Shown here piece by piece: positions 20,535 through 29,775 of a DNA stretch of 64,000 bases (position 1 is its first letter; the number at the start of each line of letters is the position of its first letter). This DNA is from Bdellovibrionota bacterium (lineage in GTDB: Bacteria; Bdellovibrionota; UBA2428), in the NCBI GenBank assembly GCA_044347615.1, contig JBIKUK010000001.1, positions 299,863-363,862 on the forward strand, given 5' to 3'. A program made the position numbers and the translations under genes. A model generated the notes under the pieces. It did not search any database, was not told where the DNA came from, and was given only the letters and a program-made list of their open reading frames with translations.

Positions 20535-22604
20535 CTAATATCGATTGAGAGTTTTAACGAAAGCTTCAGAGTTGTAATTTCGTCCCAAAAAATCTCGGAC
20601 AAGCACGGAGGCTTCAGCTTGATTTTCTCGAGCTAATACCTGATCCCGCCATTTTTTTCCCACTAAAGGATTTAAAAATCCATCAGGGCTAGAGCGAAAT
20701 TGCTCAGCACAGTCTGCAGCCACAATTTTTGACCACAAATAACCATAGTATCCCGCAGAATATCCACCCGAAATAATATGTTGAAAGCGCGTCACCATTG
20801 CGGTGTTTTCTGGGACAGGTAACCAGTAGTTGGAAAGGGCCGCATCAGACATGTCTGAAACCATTTGATCGTTTAGATCGGGGAGTTCAACTTGGCGGTC
20901 GTAATAAGATAGGTCCATCTTGCCCAAGGCCACCTGTCTTGCCCAGTGGTATCCAGAGGTGATTTTTGAAGAAGCGATAACTTTTTCAAAAATGTCTTTT
21001 GGAAGGGGTTCTTGAGTCTCTTCTTTTAAGGAAAGTTGAGCGATGATTTTATAATCCTCTAAAAATTCTTCCATCATTTGCGAGGGGGTTTCTATGAAAT
21101 CCCATGCAACTGAATCTTGTGAAAGTGAATAATGGGGAACGTCTGAGAAGATATTGTGAACCGCATGTCCAAATTCGTGAAAAAAGGTGGTCATTTCTTC
21201 GAAGCTCAAATAGGTGTCAGATGCTCCTTTAAGAGGGGGTCTGAAGTTAGTCACAACTTGAACAGTCGGTCTGATAACCTTGGTCCCAATTGTCTGGTGA
21301 GGGATGATGCCTCCCATCCAGGCACCATTTCTTTTGCCAAGCTCTGGGCGAGCAATAAGGTCAAGATAAACAAGTCCCAGCGTTTGACCGCTTTGATTGT
21401 CGATAACCTTATAGAGGTCAACAGAGTCGATCCACTTGTCGAAATTTCCAGTATACTTTTTAAACGACACACCAAAAATTTTTCCGTAAACAGTAAAAGT
21501 TCCTGCCGTTACTTTTTTGAGAGGAAAGTAAGCTCTTAGTGATTCGGGGTCGATATTGTAGTCTTGTTCCTTGATTTTTTGCTCCAGAAAAGAAATATCC
21601 CAAGGATAAAGGATTTTGTTTTCTGGTTTGCTATTTTTCAGAAGATTATTTTTGAACTCAAGGAGTCTTTGTTTTTGAGCTTCTTTAAGTTTATCAAGCT
21701 TGGGAAGAAGCTCGTTGTAGAGTTTGTAAATGTTTTCGGTTTTTTGGGCCATTCTTCCATCAACTTGATAGTCTGCATAGGTATTGTATCCCAGAGCTTG
21801 AGCAAGGGCCTTTCGTGAATTGATGACTTTTGTTGCAAGAGAAAGAGTTTCACTTTTTGCGAAGCTTTGTCGAATTTGCCAAACTTTTTCTCGAAGTAGG
21901 GCATCGTCTGAGTTGTTTTCAATGGCAATTTGTAAATTTTGATTTCCGTTAGGAACTTGAAAATCTTTAACTGTTTTAAATTTTTCCATCATTTTCAAAA
22001 CAAAGAGAGGAAGTTTGGAAGTTTCTTCAAAAGAAAAGGATGTGGTTTTTGTTCCAGCAGAGCTAAGGGCTTGGCTAAATTCAGAAGTGAGTGAGGATAT
22101 TTGATTCTGAATTTTTTCGATTTCTTTTCGTTTTTCTGTGGATTGTTCTGCGCCAGACTTACGAAAATTTCTCAGGTATAGACTTGCAACGCGTTGATCG
22201 TTTGAGTTGAGTTTTTGAAACTCAGGTTTTTCACTCAAGCTTTTTAAAACCTGAAAAATATCTGTTCTAAGATTTAAGTTTGAGGCAAAAGCGCTAAGGT
22301 TTGCATTCACATCAGATGCTTTTTTTCTTAGTTTTGCATCAGTACTTAAAGAAGAGAGAACGCTAATTCTGGAAGTAATCGCAGCAAATTCAGAGTCTGC
22401 AATGTCGAGTTTTTTAAAAGTATTTTCAAAGCTTAATTCATTGAGAGAAGTAGCGGCTACTTGATCGTAGCTTTTTTCAAGAAGTTCGTGGGCTGTTTTT
22501 CCTAAACTTTCAATTTCAGCTTCAGTTTTTGGGAAAGAAGGAAATACGATTTCGGCAAAAGAAAAAAAACTTAGAAAGATAAATGAATAAAAAAAATAAC
22601 GCAT
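20535..22604 (-). CDS. M3-family zinc metallopeptidase (oligopeptidase A / peptidyl-dipeptidase-like), secreted
   Basis: 689 aa; N-terminal signal peptide; HEFGHAVH (HExxH) motif in the position typical of M3 peptidases. Confidence 0.8.
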   Translation of the reverse strand: MRYFFYSFIFLSFFSFAEIVFPSFPKTEAEIESLGKTAHELLEKSYDQVAATSLNELSFENTFKKLDIADSEFAAITSRISVLSSLSTDAKLRKKASDVNANLSAFASNLNLRTDIFQVLKSLSEKPEFQKLNSNDQRVASLYLRNFRKSGAEQSTEKRKEIEKIQNQISSLTSEFSQALSSAGTKTTSFSFEETSKLPLFVLKMMEKFKTVKDFQVPNGNQNLQIAIENNSDDALLREKVWQIRQSFAKSETLSLATKVINSRKALAQALGYNTYADYQVDGRMAQKTENIYKLYNELLPKLDKLKEAQKQRLLEFKNNLLKNSKPENKILYPWDISFLEQKIKEQDYNIDPESLRAYFPLKKVTAGTFTVYGKIFGVSFKKYTGNFDKWIDSVDLYKVIDNQSGQTLGLVYLDLIARPELGKRNGAWMGGIIPHQTIGTKVIRPTVQVVTNFRPPLKGASDTYLSFEEMTTFFHEFGHAVHNIFSDVPHYSLSQDSVAWDFIETPSQMMEEFLEDYKIIAQLSLKEETQEPLPKDIFEKVIASSKITSGYHWARQVALGKMDLSYYDRQVELPDLNDQMVSDMSDAALSNYWLPVPENTAMVTRFQHIISGGYSAGYYGYLWSKIVAADCAEQFRSSPDGFLNPLVGKKWRDQVLARENQAEASVLVRDFLGRNYNSEAFVKTLNRY

Positions 22605-22620
22605 TTTAAAACTCCAATTT

Positions 22621-23931
22621 TTATGGACTTAATCTATAGAGCATTCTTGGGAAGGGGATACATTCTCTGACGTGTTCCACTCCGCAAATCCAAGCTGTAA
22701 GACGCTCAATTCCTAGTCCAAATCCTGCACTGGGGCTTGAACCGTAGCGACGAAGATCGAGATACCATTCGAAAACTTTGGGATCGAGTCCATGCTCGTT
22801 GATTTTTTTAAGCAGCACTTCGATGTTTTCTTCACGTTGTCCTCCTCCAATGATTTCTCCATAGCCTTCGGGCGCTAAAAGGTCCATGGAGCATGTGTAT
22901 TGTGGATCGCAAGGATCTTCTTTCATGTAAAAGGCTTTGATCGCAGTTGGAAAACCATGAACGAAAACAGGCTTATCAAATTTTGATGCAAGGATTGTCT
23001 CATCTCCACCACCAAAATCCATTCCCTTTTTGAAATTATCTTTACTTTCCTTTTCAAGAATTTCCGCAGCTTCTTTGTAGTGAATTCGAGGAAAGGGTGG
23101 AACGATTTTTTCAAGTACTGCAGGATCACGTTCTAAGTCCTGAAGTTCACGCTTTCTGTTTTTCAAGACACTTTGAACGATATGACCAATCATATCTTCG
23201 GCAAGTTTCATGTCTCCTTCTAGATCCATGAAAGCCACTTCTGGCTCGAGCATCCAAAACTCCGTGAGGTGTCGACGGGTTTTCGATTTCTCTGCTCGAA
23301 AAGTGGGGCCAAAAACGTAAACTTTCCCAAAGGCCTTAGCTCCAGCTTCACCGTAGAGTTGTCCGCTTTGAGTGAGATAAGCTTTGGCATCATCAAAATA
23401 ATTCACTTCAAAAAGGTTGGTGGTTCCTTCGCACGCGTTGGGAGTAAAAATGGGAGCGTCAAAGCAAACAAATCCACGCTCATCAAAAAAATTTCGAGCC
23501 GCATGAATAATTTCAGAGCGAATTCTTAGGGTCGCGTGTTGGCGCTTTGACCGAATCCAAAGGTGCCGATGGTCTTGTAAAAAAGCAGGACCATGTTCTT
23601 TGGGGGTGATGGGATAGTCTTTAGCTTCGCTTACAATTGATAAGCTCACTCCACTGATTTCAAATCCGCCAGGTGCTTTGGGAGCAGAAGCAACTTTTCC
23701 TTTGATGGTCACAGATGTTTCTTGAGTGAGCTTGTCGAAATTAAGAAAACTTTCTTCTTCGCAGCCGCCTTTAAAAAAAACGCATTGAATCGTTCCTGTT
23801 CCATCGCGCAGCATAAGAAATTTTACTTTGCCGCTTGATCGAGAATTGTAAACCCAGCCATTAAGCGTAATGTCTTCGCCTGCGGGAATTTTTCCTTTGA
23901 AAATATCTTCAACGTAGAGTGTAGGATTCAT
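22621..23931 (-). CDS. asnS: asparagine--tRNA ligase
   Basis: 436 aa class II aaRS; [21 protein letters not shown] and [15 protein letters not shown] motifs; length fits AsnRS rather than AspRS. Confidence 0.88.
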   Translation of the reverse strand: MNPTLYVEDIFKGKIPAGEDITLNGWVYNSRSSGKVKFLMLRDGTGTIQCVFFKGGCEEESFLNFDKLTQETSVTIKGKVASAPKAPGGFEISGVSLSIVSEAKDYPITPKEHGPAFLQDHRHLWIRSKRQHATLRIRSEIIHAARNFFDERGFVCFDAPIFTPNACEGTTNLFEVNYFDDAKAYLTQSGQLYGEAGAKAFGKVYVFGPTFRAEKSKTRRHLTEFWMLEPEVAFMDLEGDMKLAEDMIGHIVQSVLKNRKRELQDLERDPAVLEKIVPPFPRIHYKEAAEILEKESKDNFKKGMDFGGGDETILASKFDKPVFVHGFPTAIKAFYMKEDPCDPQYTCSMDLLAPEGYGEIIGGGQREENIEVLLKKINEHGLDPKVFEWYLDLRRYGSSPSAGFGLGIERLTAWICGVEHVRECIPFPRMLYRLSP

Positions 23932-24021
23932 GCCGCAAACATTATCAGGCAGGGCACCGCGAGGGCAAATTCTATTGCTCTCACTTGCAGAATCTTAAAA
24001 GTTATCATTATACTGGCCCTT

Positions 24022-24246
24022 ATGGGGGCCCCTAAATTTATAGCTAAACTTTTGTTTTTTTTGCTTGTTTTGACTTTGATTGGTCAGCTGCGATGGAACG
24101 GAATCAGTCTTGAGAATTATTATCACAAGGCAGTCAATTCAGAAAACTTTCAGGCGGGATGGGCGTCGTTAACGGCTCCTTTTAAATGGGTGGGAGGTCG
24201 TTTCGGCCTTTCAAAAGAAACAAGTCGACCTGAATCTGCTCGTTAA
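24022..24246 (+). CDS. hypothetical small membrane protein
   Basis: 74-aa ORF with one hydrophobic helix (LLFFLLVLTLIG), divergent from asnS; no other support. Confidence 0.25.
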   Translation: MGAPKFIAKLLFFLLVLTLIGQLRWNGISLENYYHKAVNSENFQAGWASLTAPFKWVGGRFGLSKETSRPESAR

Positions 24247-24248
24247 TC

Positions 24249-24635
24249 TTAGTGCGAGGGAACTTGTCCGGGAGCGTTGATCACGCCCATAGAGCCTGCA
24301 CTCATGACTTGTCTTTGATATAAGTTTTTAAAGTTTGCACAGCTCATATCTTCTTTTTCTTTTCCTTCAAGAATCAAAGCAGCGCATCGACAATTAATAA
24401 TAGAGGCTTCGTTAGAAGCATTTTCTCCGATAAAAGGTGCGGGGCTACCATAAGAGGGAGCTCCTCCATAACCGTACATAGGTTGAAATTGAGGTTGAGC
24501 AAGTCCCTGTCCATAGAAGGCAGGCATACCTTGAGGGAATCCACCGTATGACTGGGCATGGCTTATATTTGAAATACAAAAACCAAAAATTCCGAATATT
24601 GTTAATAAAAATCGAGAAGAGGTTAAATTTTGCAT
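24249..24635 (-). CDS. small secreted protein, Gly/Tyr/Pro/Gln-rich
   Basis: 128 aa; N-terminal signal peptide (LLTIFGIFGFCISNISHAQ) then low-complexity GGFPQGMPAFYGQG...YGYGGAPSYG segment and a Cys-containing C-terminus. Confidence 0.5.
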   Translation of the reverse strand: MQNLTSSRFLLTIFGIFGFCISNISHAQSYGGFPQGMPAFYGQGLAQPQFQPMYGYGGAPSYGSPAPFIGENASNEASIINCRCAALILEGKEKEDMSCANFKNLYQRQVMSAGSMGVINAPGQVPSH

Positions 24636-24680
24636 TCATACAAGGAGTTGCATGAAATATGCCGTGATTTTGACTCTCAA

Positions 24681-24707
24681 AGAGCTCTTTAGCCAAATCA
24701 GAGCTCT
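24681..24707. promoter_or_regulatory. pair of AGAGCTCT palindromes in a divergent promoter region (candidate operator)
   Basis: caaAGAGCTCTttagccaaatcAGAGCTCTtcaaag: two identical 8-bp palindromes 19 bp centre to centre, between the divergent secreted-protein gene and the YD-repeat gene. Confidence 0.25.
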
Positions 24708-24808
24708 TCAAAGTGTCTAATGTTTGGACAATTGTTAAGAGCGACTTAATTTTTTTTTGACACTTTATGAAGAAGCTTTCTCGTTAAACTCGAAGCATGG
24801 AGCGGAAG

Positions 24809-26419
24809 ATGGCAAAGCACGCTGCTTTTAAAGCATTTCTTTTAACTTTATTCGTGGGAACCTTTCAAAAGACTCATGCAGGAGTCAACGTGAACAATGG
24901 TAATTTTTATATTACCTATACGGATTTTGCGATTTTTACTCCTGGTTTACCCATTGAGGTCTCTCGAACTTACAATAGCCGCTCAAGTTATATCGCTGGA
25001 AAGTTTGGAGTGGGTTGGTCAAGCGAGCTTGATTCTTACTTGAAATTTGAAAACAAAGATGTTGTTTATTTCGAGGGTGGTGGGGGAAATGTTCTTCGTT
25101 TTACTCCAAAGAATGAAAGCCTTTGGGAAAATAATCAGCTAGGAACTCAAAACGTTAAAAAAGTTATTAAAGATAAGGTTACCTCTTTTCAGCTGCAAAC
25201 AAATGTTGGAAAATCTTATACTTTTAACTCTTCAGGGCAGTTGATTAAAATTCAAGATGGAAACAAAAACTATATTGAACTTTCTTATGAAAAAAGCGCT
25301 TTTTCAAAAATTAAAGACAATTTTAATAACCAAGTTATTGTAAGTGTTGAAGATGTCGCTGGCTTTGTTCGCGTGAAGTCTCTTAAGTCAGGAGATAGAA
25401 AAGCTAGCTACGAGTATAACAAGAATGGAGACATGATCACGGCTGTGACCATGGATGGTGCCCGTTATGTTTATAGCTACGACGATCAGCACAACATGAC
25501 AAAAGTTTCTTATTCTAATGGAACAAGCAAGACAATGGAGTACAACAAAGTTCGTGATTGGATCACAGCTTTCAAGGATATAGACGGATCATCAATTAAG
25601 TACGATTACTTCACGGATACTCTTGATCCAGAAAATCGTTTCGGAACAATTGTTTCACGAAAAGATAGCACAGGAAAAGAAGAGGTTGCGCGTTATTGGT
25701 ATGAGTTTCGTAAGCGTAAAGACCTTTCTCGTTACGCTTATCGAACGGTATCATCCTTTAATGATCAAGCGACGGAGACATTGTTAACGGAATGTTGTGG
25801 AACTCCAATTACAATCACTCAGTGGAGCATTTCAGAAGTTAGTAACCCTACAAAAAACTTAGCTTGGACGCAGCCTGTTGGAAAAAAATCTTCCACAAGC
25901 TTTGAGTATTACGCTGATGGAACATTGAAAAGAAAAACTCTTTCTAATGGATCAGTAATCAGTTTGGCCTATGATTCTTCTAACAAGAAAATTACCAAGC
26001 TTGAAAAAGATGGTAATAAAATTGAGTATTCATATGATGGAAGACAGAATCTAGCATCTGCAAAAGATCATTCTGAAAAACTAAAAATGGATTTTACGTA
26101 TGATGTTCAAGGAAGAATTACAATTGTAAAAGAAACTCCATTGAAAGGTGCTTCTGGTGAGAGAAGCTTGTACTTTAAGTACAATTCAGATGGGTTGCCA
26201 GTTGAAGTTAAAGAGAGAAACTACGATGGCAAAGTCGCACTTATTAAAATGACTTATTTTCCAAATGGTCAAATTAAAGAGGTTTTAAATTCTAGTGGGC
26301 GTACAATTGCTTCACAGGGTGATCTCAATGTGACTCAAAGAATTTATTCAACCTTTCAACGAGTGCTTGAGGTTATTCAGCCTACAGGAGTGAGTCTCAA
26401 TGCGGAAGGAACCATTTAA
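24809..26419 (+). CDS. secreted YD-repeat (Rhs-family repeat) protein, short form without recognisable toxin domain
   Basis: Signal peptide MAKHAAFKAFLLTLFVGTFQKTHAG (second ATG at 24809 has GGAG upstream; track start is 24797); repeated YD units (YEYNKNGDMITAV, YVYSYDDQHNMTKV, IEYSYDGRQN, FTYDVQGRITIV, LYFKYNSDGLPVEV). Confidence 0.7.
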   Translation: MAKHAAFKAFLLTLFVGTFQKTHAGVNVNNGNFYITYTDFAIFTPGLPIEVSRTYNSRSSYIAGKFGVGWSSELDSYLKFENKDVVYFEGGGGNVLRFTPKNESLWENNQLGTQNVKKVIKDKVTSFQLQTNVGKSYTFNSSGQLIKIQDGNKNYIELSYEKSAFSKIKDNFNNQVIVSVEDVAGFVRVKSLKSGDRKASYEYNKNGDMITAVTMDGARYVYSYDDQHNMTKVSYSNGTSKTMEYNKVRDWITAFKDIDGSSIKYDYFTDTLDPENRFGTIVSRKDSTGKEEVARYWYEFRKRKDLSRYAYRTVSSFNDQATETLLTECCGTPITITQWSISEVSNPTKNLAWTQPVGKKSSTSFEYYADGTLKRKTLSNGSVISLAYDSSNKKITKLEKDGNKIEYSYDGRQNLASAKDHSEKLKMDFTYDVQGRITIVKETPLKGASGERSLYFKYNSDGLPVEVKERNYDGKVALIKMTYFPNGQIKEVLNSSGRTIASQGDLNVTQRIYSTFQRVLEVIQPTGVSLNAEGTI

Positions 26420-26423
26420 TTTT

Positions 26424-26726
26424 ATGAAAAAAACATTTTCTTTAGTTCTTGGGTTCTCTTTTTTCGTTTTTTCTAATTTTGCTCAAGCACAATTTGGACA
26501 ACCGCCTATGTTCATGGATGCTCAAGCTTCCCAAATGCAAATGGGACAAATGCAAATGATGGGGCAGGGAGGAATGCCTCCGGGTTTTGTAGGACAAGTT
26601 CCAGGTAGTTATAACGATGCTCAATGTTTGAATGCAGCTATGATGATGCCTCAGGCTCCCTTGACCCCAGCTTACTATAATCAACAACAGCAGCAGCTTA
26701 TGAATGGACACCAGCAGGGTTTTTAA
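26424..26726 (+). CDS. small secreted protein, Gln/Met/Gly/Pro-rich
   Basis: ATG at 26424 gives MKKTFSLVLGFSFFVFSNFAQAQ signal peptide, then MQMGQMQMMGQGGMPPGF...NQQQQQLMNGHQQGF; the track start at 26400 overlaps the upstream gene. Confidence 0.5.
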   Translation: MKKTFSLVLGFSFFVFSNFAQAQFGQPPMFMDAQASQMQMGQMQMMGQGGMPPGFVGQVPGSYNDAQCLNAAMMMPQAPLTPAYYNQQQQQLMNGHQQGF

Positions 26727-27586
26727 ACTTCGATTTGAACCATTTTATTAATCAAGAAAAGTCCAATTGCTACTAGAGTAAGTGCGATTAAAATAATGAT
26801 AAACCCGGGAATGGTTGTGAAAAGCGGTCGTGTAAGTTCAGGATCAATCGCATACATCATGCCCGCTACGCCAAACGGAACGCAGCCAACAATAATGCCT
26901 GCTGTGCGACCTTGAGCAGTGAGAGCATTAATTTTATTTTGAAGCTTTGAGCGTTCTCGAATCGTTTTGACGATTGTATCGAAAGTTTCGGCCATGTTAC
27001 CGCCGGTTTCACGCAAGATATTTACACTAGTTGCAAAAATGTAGATTTCTTCAGTCTTGATTCTTTTTGCTAAGTTTTCAAAACCTGCTTCAAGAGGAAC
27101 CCCGATTCTGTTTTGATCTAGAACAAGTCCAAATTCTTGACTTACAGGTGCGGGCATTTCATCAACAACAATCTGCAGTGTTTGAGGAACGTTTAGGCCA
27201 GAACGTAAGCCGTTCGCCATCAAGGTCAGTGCGTCGATCATTTGTGCCGTAAATTCTGTAACTCGTTTTTTTCTAATAATCGATGATGCATATATTTTGG
27301 GTAGGCGCATCCCCCAGAAAAAAAGAAAGACCCCAAAAATAATTCCTAGTGTTTTGTTGGGAAAAATAAAAATTACAAAGAGAGTTGTACTAAATCCCCA
27401 AATAAGAATTTCTTTGAGAACTTCCTTTTCTGTTTTAAGTTTGAAAATATCTTCATATTCAGTTTTAAGCTCATCCCGATTTTTTAAAATTTTTTTGTTC
27501 CAAACAAAATCTTCCCAAAAGCTATAAGGAAGGTAGGCAGCTAAGAAAAAACAAATCCCTGCGCCAATGATGACAAGAATATTCAT
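26723..27586 (-). CDS. Flp pilus assembly inner-membrane platform protein (TadB/TadC family)
   Basis: 287 aa polytopic membrane protein with a central cytoplasmic domain, adjacent to the CpaF gene in the Tad locus. Confidence 0.75.
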   Translation of the reverse strand: MNILVIIGAGICFFLAAYLPYSFWEDFVWNKKILKNRDELKTEYEDIFKLKTEKEVLKEILIWGFSTTLFVIFIFPNKTLGIIFGVFLFFWGMRLPKIYASSIIRKKRVTEFTAQMIDALTLMANGLRSGLNVPQTLQIVVDEMPAPVSQEFGLVLDQNRIGVPLEAGFENLAKRIKTEEIYIFATSVNILRETGGNMAETFDTIVKTIRERSKLQNKINALTAQGRTAGIIVGCVPFGVAGMMYAIDPELTRPLFTTIPGFIIILIALTLVAIGLFLINKMVQIEV

Positions 27587-27602
27587 TGCTTTTTCCTCAT
27601 GA

Positions 27603-29774
27603 TTAAGCCGCCTTGAAAAGACCTCGAGGAATCTTGATCCCGTGAGATTCTATTTTTTCTACGAATTTGGGAATGAATCCTGTCGCAACGTGTTTTCCTA
27701 TGACTTTTCTATCTTTGTCTTGTCCAGTTTGTTTGAATAGAAAGATATCTTGAGTTGTTATGACTTCACCTTGCATACCGCATACTTCTGTTATGTGAGT
27801 GATTTTTCTAGATCCATCTGAAAGACGTGATTGCTGAACAATTAAGTGAACAGCGCTGGAAATTTGTTCTCGAATAGCTTTTGCAGGTAAATCCATTCCT
27901 GCCATTAAGACAAGTGTTTCGATACGTGTGAGGGCATCGCGAGGGTTGTTGGCGTGAACTGTCGCCATAGAACCATCGTGACCTGTATTCATCGCTTGTA
28001 GCATGTCGAGGGCCTCTCCTCCCCGGACCTCACCGACGATGATCCGATCGGGTTTCATTCGAAGAGTTTGTTTGACAAGGTCACGAATAGTAATTGCTCC
28101 CGTACCTTCTATGTTTGCAGGACGAGTTTCAAGGCGACCAACGTGTTCTTGAACGAGAGAAAGTTCAGCAGCGTCTTCAACGGTGAGAATACGTTCTGTT
28201 GAGGGAATGAAGCTACTCAATATATTGAGACAAGTTGTTTTACCGGAGCCCGTGCCTCCTGAAATCACCACGTTCAGTCGAGCTTCGATACATGTTCGTA
28301 AAAAATCAGAAATTTCTGGGGTAATAGAACCAAATTTAATTAAATCTTCTGGGCCTAGTCTTTTTTCAGGAAATTTACGTATTGTGATCATTGGTCCATC
28401 GATCGCAAGAGGAGGAATGATTGCGTGAACACGGCTACCGTCTGCAAGTCGAGCGTCAACATAGGGTGTTTTTTCGTCGATTCTTCTTCCAAGTGGATTA
28501 ACAATTCTCTCGATAGCTGCCATGACTTGTACATTGCTTGAAAAAACCACAGGACTTTTCATGTTTTTCCCGCCTTTTTCAAGGTAAATAAGATCAGCGC
28601 GATTGACCATGATTTCACTAACTGTTCGATCTGCAATCAGATCTTCTAAGGGGCCAAGTCCGAGAGCCTCATCAAGAACTTCTTTTACGAGTTTTGAGCT
28701 ATCTTCACGACTCTTCCAGGGATGATCTTCTTTACCAACAATTTCCGTAATAATTTTCATCGCCTTATCTCGAAGCTCCATTTTTTTGGCTTCGTCTAAC
28801 TGGCGGTTAAGTTGTTCCTTTTTTAAATCCATTTTTTCTACAAGTTGTTCATGAATTAAAAGTTTGAAACGACTTCGAGGATCTTGCGGCTCTTTTCCAA
28901 AGCTTGATCGATTACTCGATTTTTTTGATGTGGTATTTTCCGGTGTTTTTTCAGAAGGAGGAGGTGTGGCGGGTTTTGCTCTTTTATAGGCAGAAAGCTT
29001 TTCTAAAATTTTTCCTTCTATGAGTTGTCGACCTAGTTGAATAAGAGCTTTTGTTGTGCCCGATCCAGTTGCAAGGGTGACCATAGGTTGGCCTTTTATG
29101 AGTGCGGTTCTCGCTAGATCGGTTTCTTCGGGAATAGAGCAGACGACTTGACGCTTTAGTGTTTGTTCCAAAAAAGCTGGGTTGTAGGGATTGTTGGGAG
29201 TCATTTTGTTCAGAATGATTTTGACGAATTCTTGAGGAAATAAAAGAGTTTGAATTTTTTCTAAAACTTTTTTTGTTTGATTGAGGACAAGAATTTCGGG
29301 GTTGCTCACAACAAGAATAATTGAGGAGTGTTCAAGTATTTTGATAATACTTCCATCAATTCGAGATCCGCAATCTACGACGGTGATGGGAAATGAACTT
29401 TTGATTGATCGCATGGCGCCGTCCATTTTTTCATCAGTGACATCAATAAGTCTTTCAAGGTTCTGAAGAAGTTGAAGAGAGTGGAGTTGGCTCGAAGCTC
29501 CGCCTAAATTGACTTGAGTCATTATTTTTTTGAGCGAGTCGCCACTTCTTATTTTTCCTTCTATCAGATCATTTCCAAATCCTTTGATTTCTTTATTTCC
29601 AAAAATAAGATTCAAGTCACCAGATCCTTGCATATCAGCATCGATTACGGCGACAGGGATTTTTCGATCAAGGCAAATAGAGAGAGCAAAGTTTCCCGCA
29701 AAAACAGACTTTCCAACTCCGCCTTTACCTCCAACGACTGCAATGATGTGTCCTGAGTTTAGGGGTGCGTTCAT
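27603..29774 (-). CDS. fused CpaE/TadZ-like ParA-type domain + CpaF/TadA secretion ATPase
   Basis: 723 aa; N-terminal deviant Walker [15 protein letters not shown] (ParA/MinD/CpaE-like), Pro/Ser/Thr-rich linker, then CpaF-type ATPase with Walker [14 protein letters not shown] and downstream TVEDAAEL...[11 protein letters not shown] motifs. Confidence 0.85.
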   Translation of the reverse strand: MNAPLNSGHIIAVVGGKGGVGKSVFAGNFALSICLDRKIPVAVIDADMQGSGDLNLIFGNKEIKGFGNDLIEGKIRSGDSLKKIMTQVNLGGASSQLHSLQLLQNLERLIDVTDEKMDGAMRSIKSSFPITVVDCGSRIDGSIIKILEHSSIILVVSNPEILVLNQTKKVLEKIQTLLFPQEFVKIILNKMTPNNPYNPAFLEQTLKRQVVCSIPEETDLARTALIKGQPMVTLATGSGTTKALIQLGRQLIEGKILEKLSAYKRAKPATPPPSEKTPENTTSKKSSNRSSFGKEPQDPRSRFKLLIHEQLVEKMDLKKEQLNRQLDEAKKMELRDKAMKIITEIVGKEDHPWKSREDSSKLVKEVLDEALGLGPLEDLIADRTVSEIMVNRADLIYLEKGGKNMKSPVVFSSNVQVMAAIERIVNPLGRRIDEKTPYVDARLADGSRVHAIIPPLAIDGPMITIRKFPEKRLGPEDLIKFGSITPEISDFLRTCIEARLNVVISGGTGSGKTTCLNILSSFIPSTERILTVEDAAELSLVQEHVGRLETRPANIEGTGAITIRDLVKQTLRMKPDRIIVGEVRGGEALDMLQAMNTGHDGSMATVHANNPRDALTRIETLVLMAGMDLPAKAIREQISSAVHLIVQQSRLSDGSRKITHITEVCGMQGEVITTQDIFLFKQTGQDKDRKVIGKHVATGFIPKFVEKIESHGIKIPRGLFKAA

Positions 29775-29775
29775 T

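Noticed and set aside
24797-26419. Calling the YD-repeat protein an Rhs polymorphic toxin
   Set aside because: No Rhs core or C-terminal toxin domain is visible and the protein is only 540 aa; described as a YD-repeat protein only.
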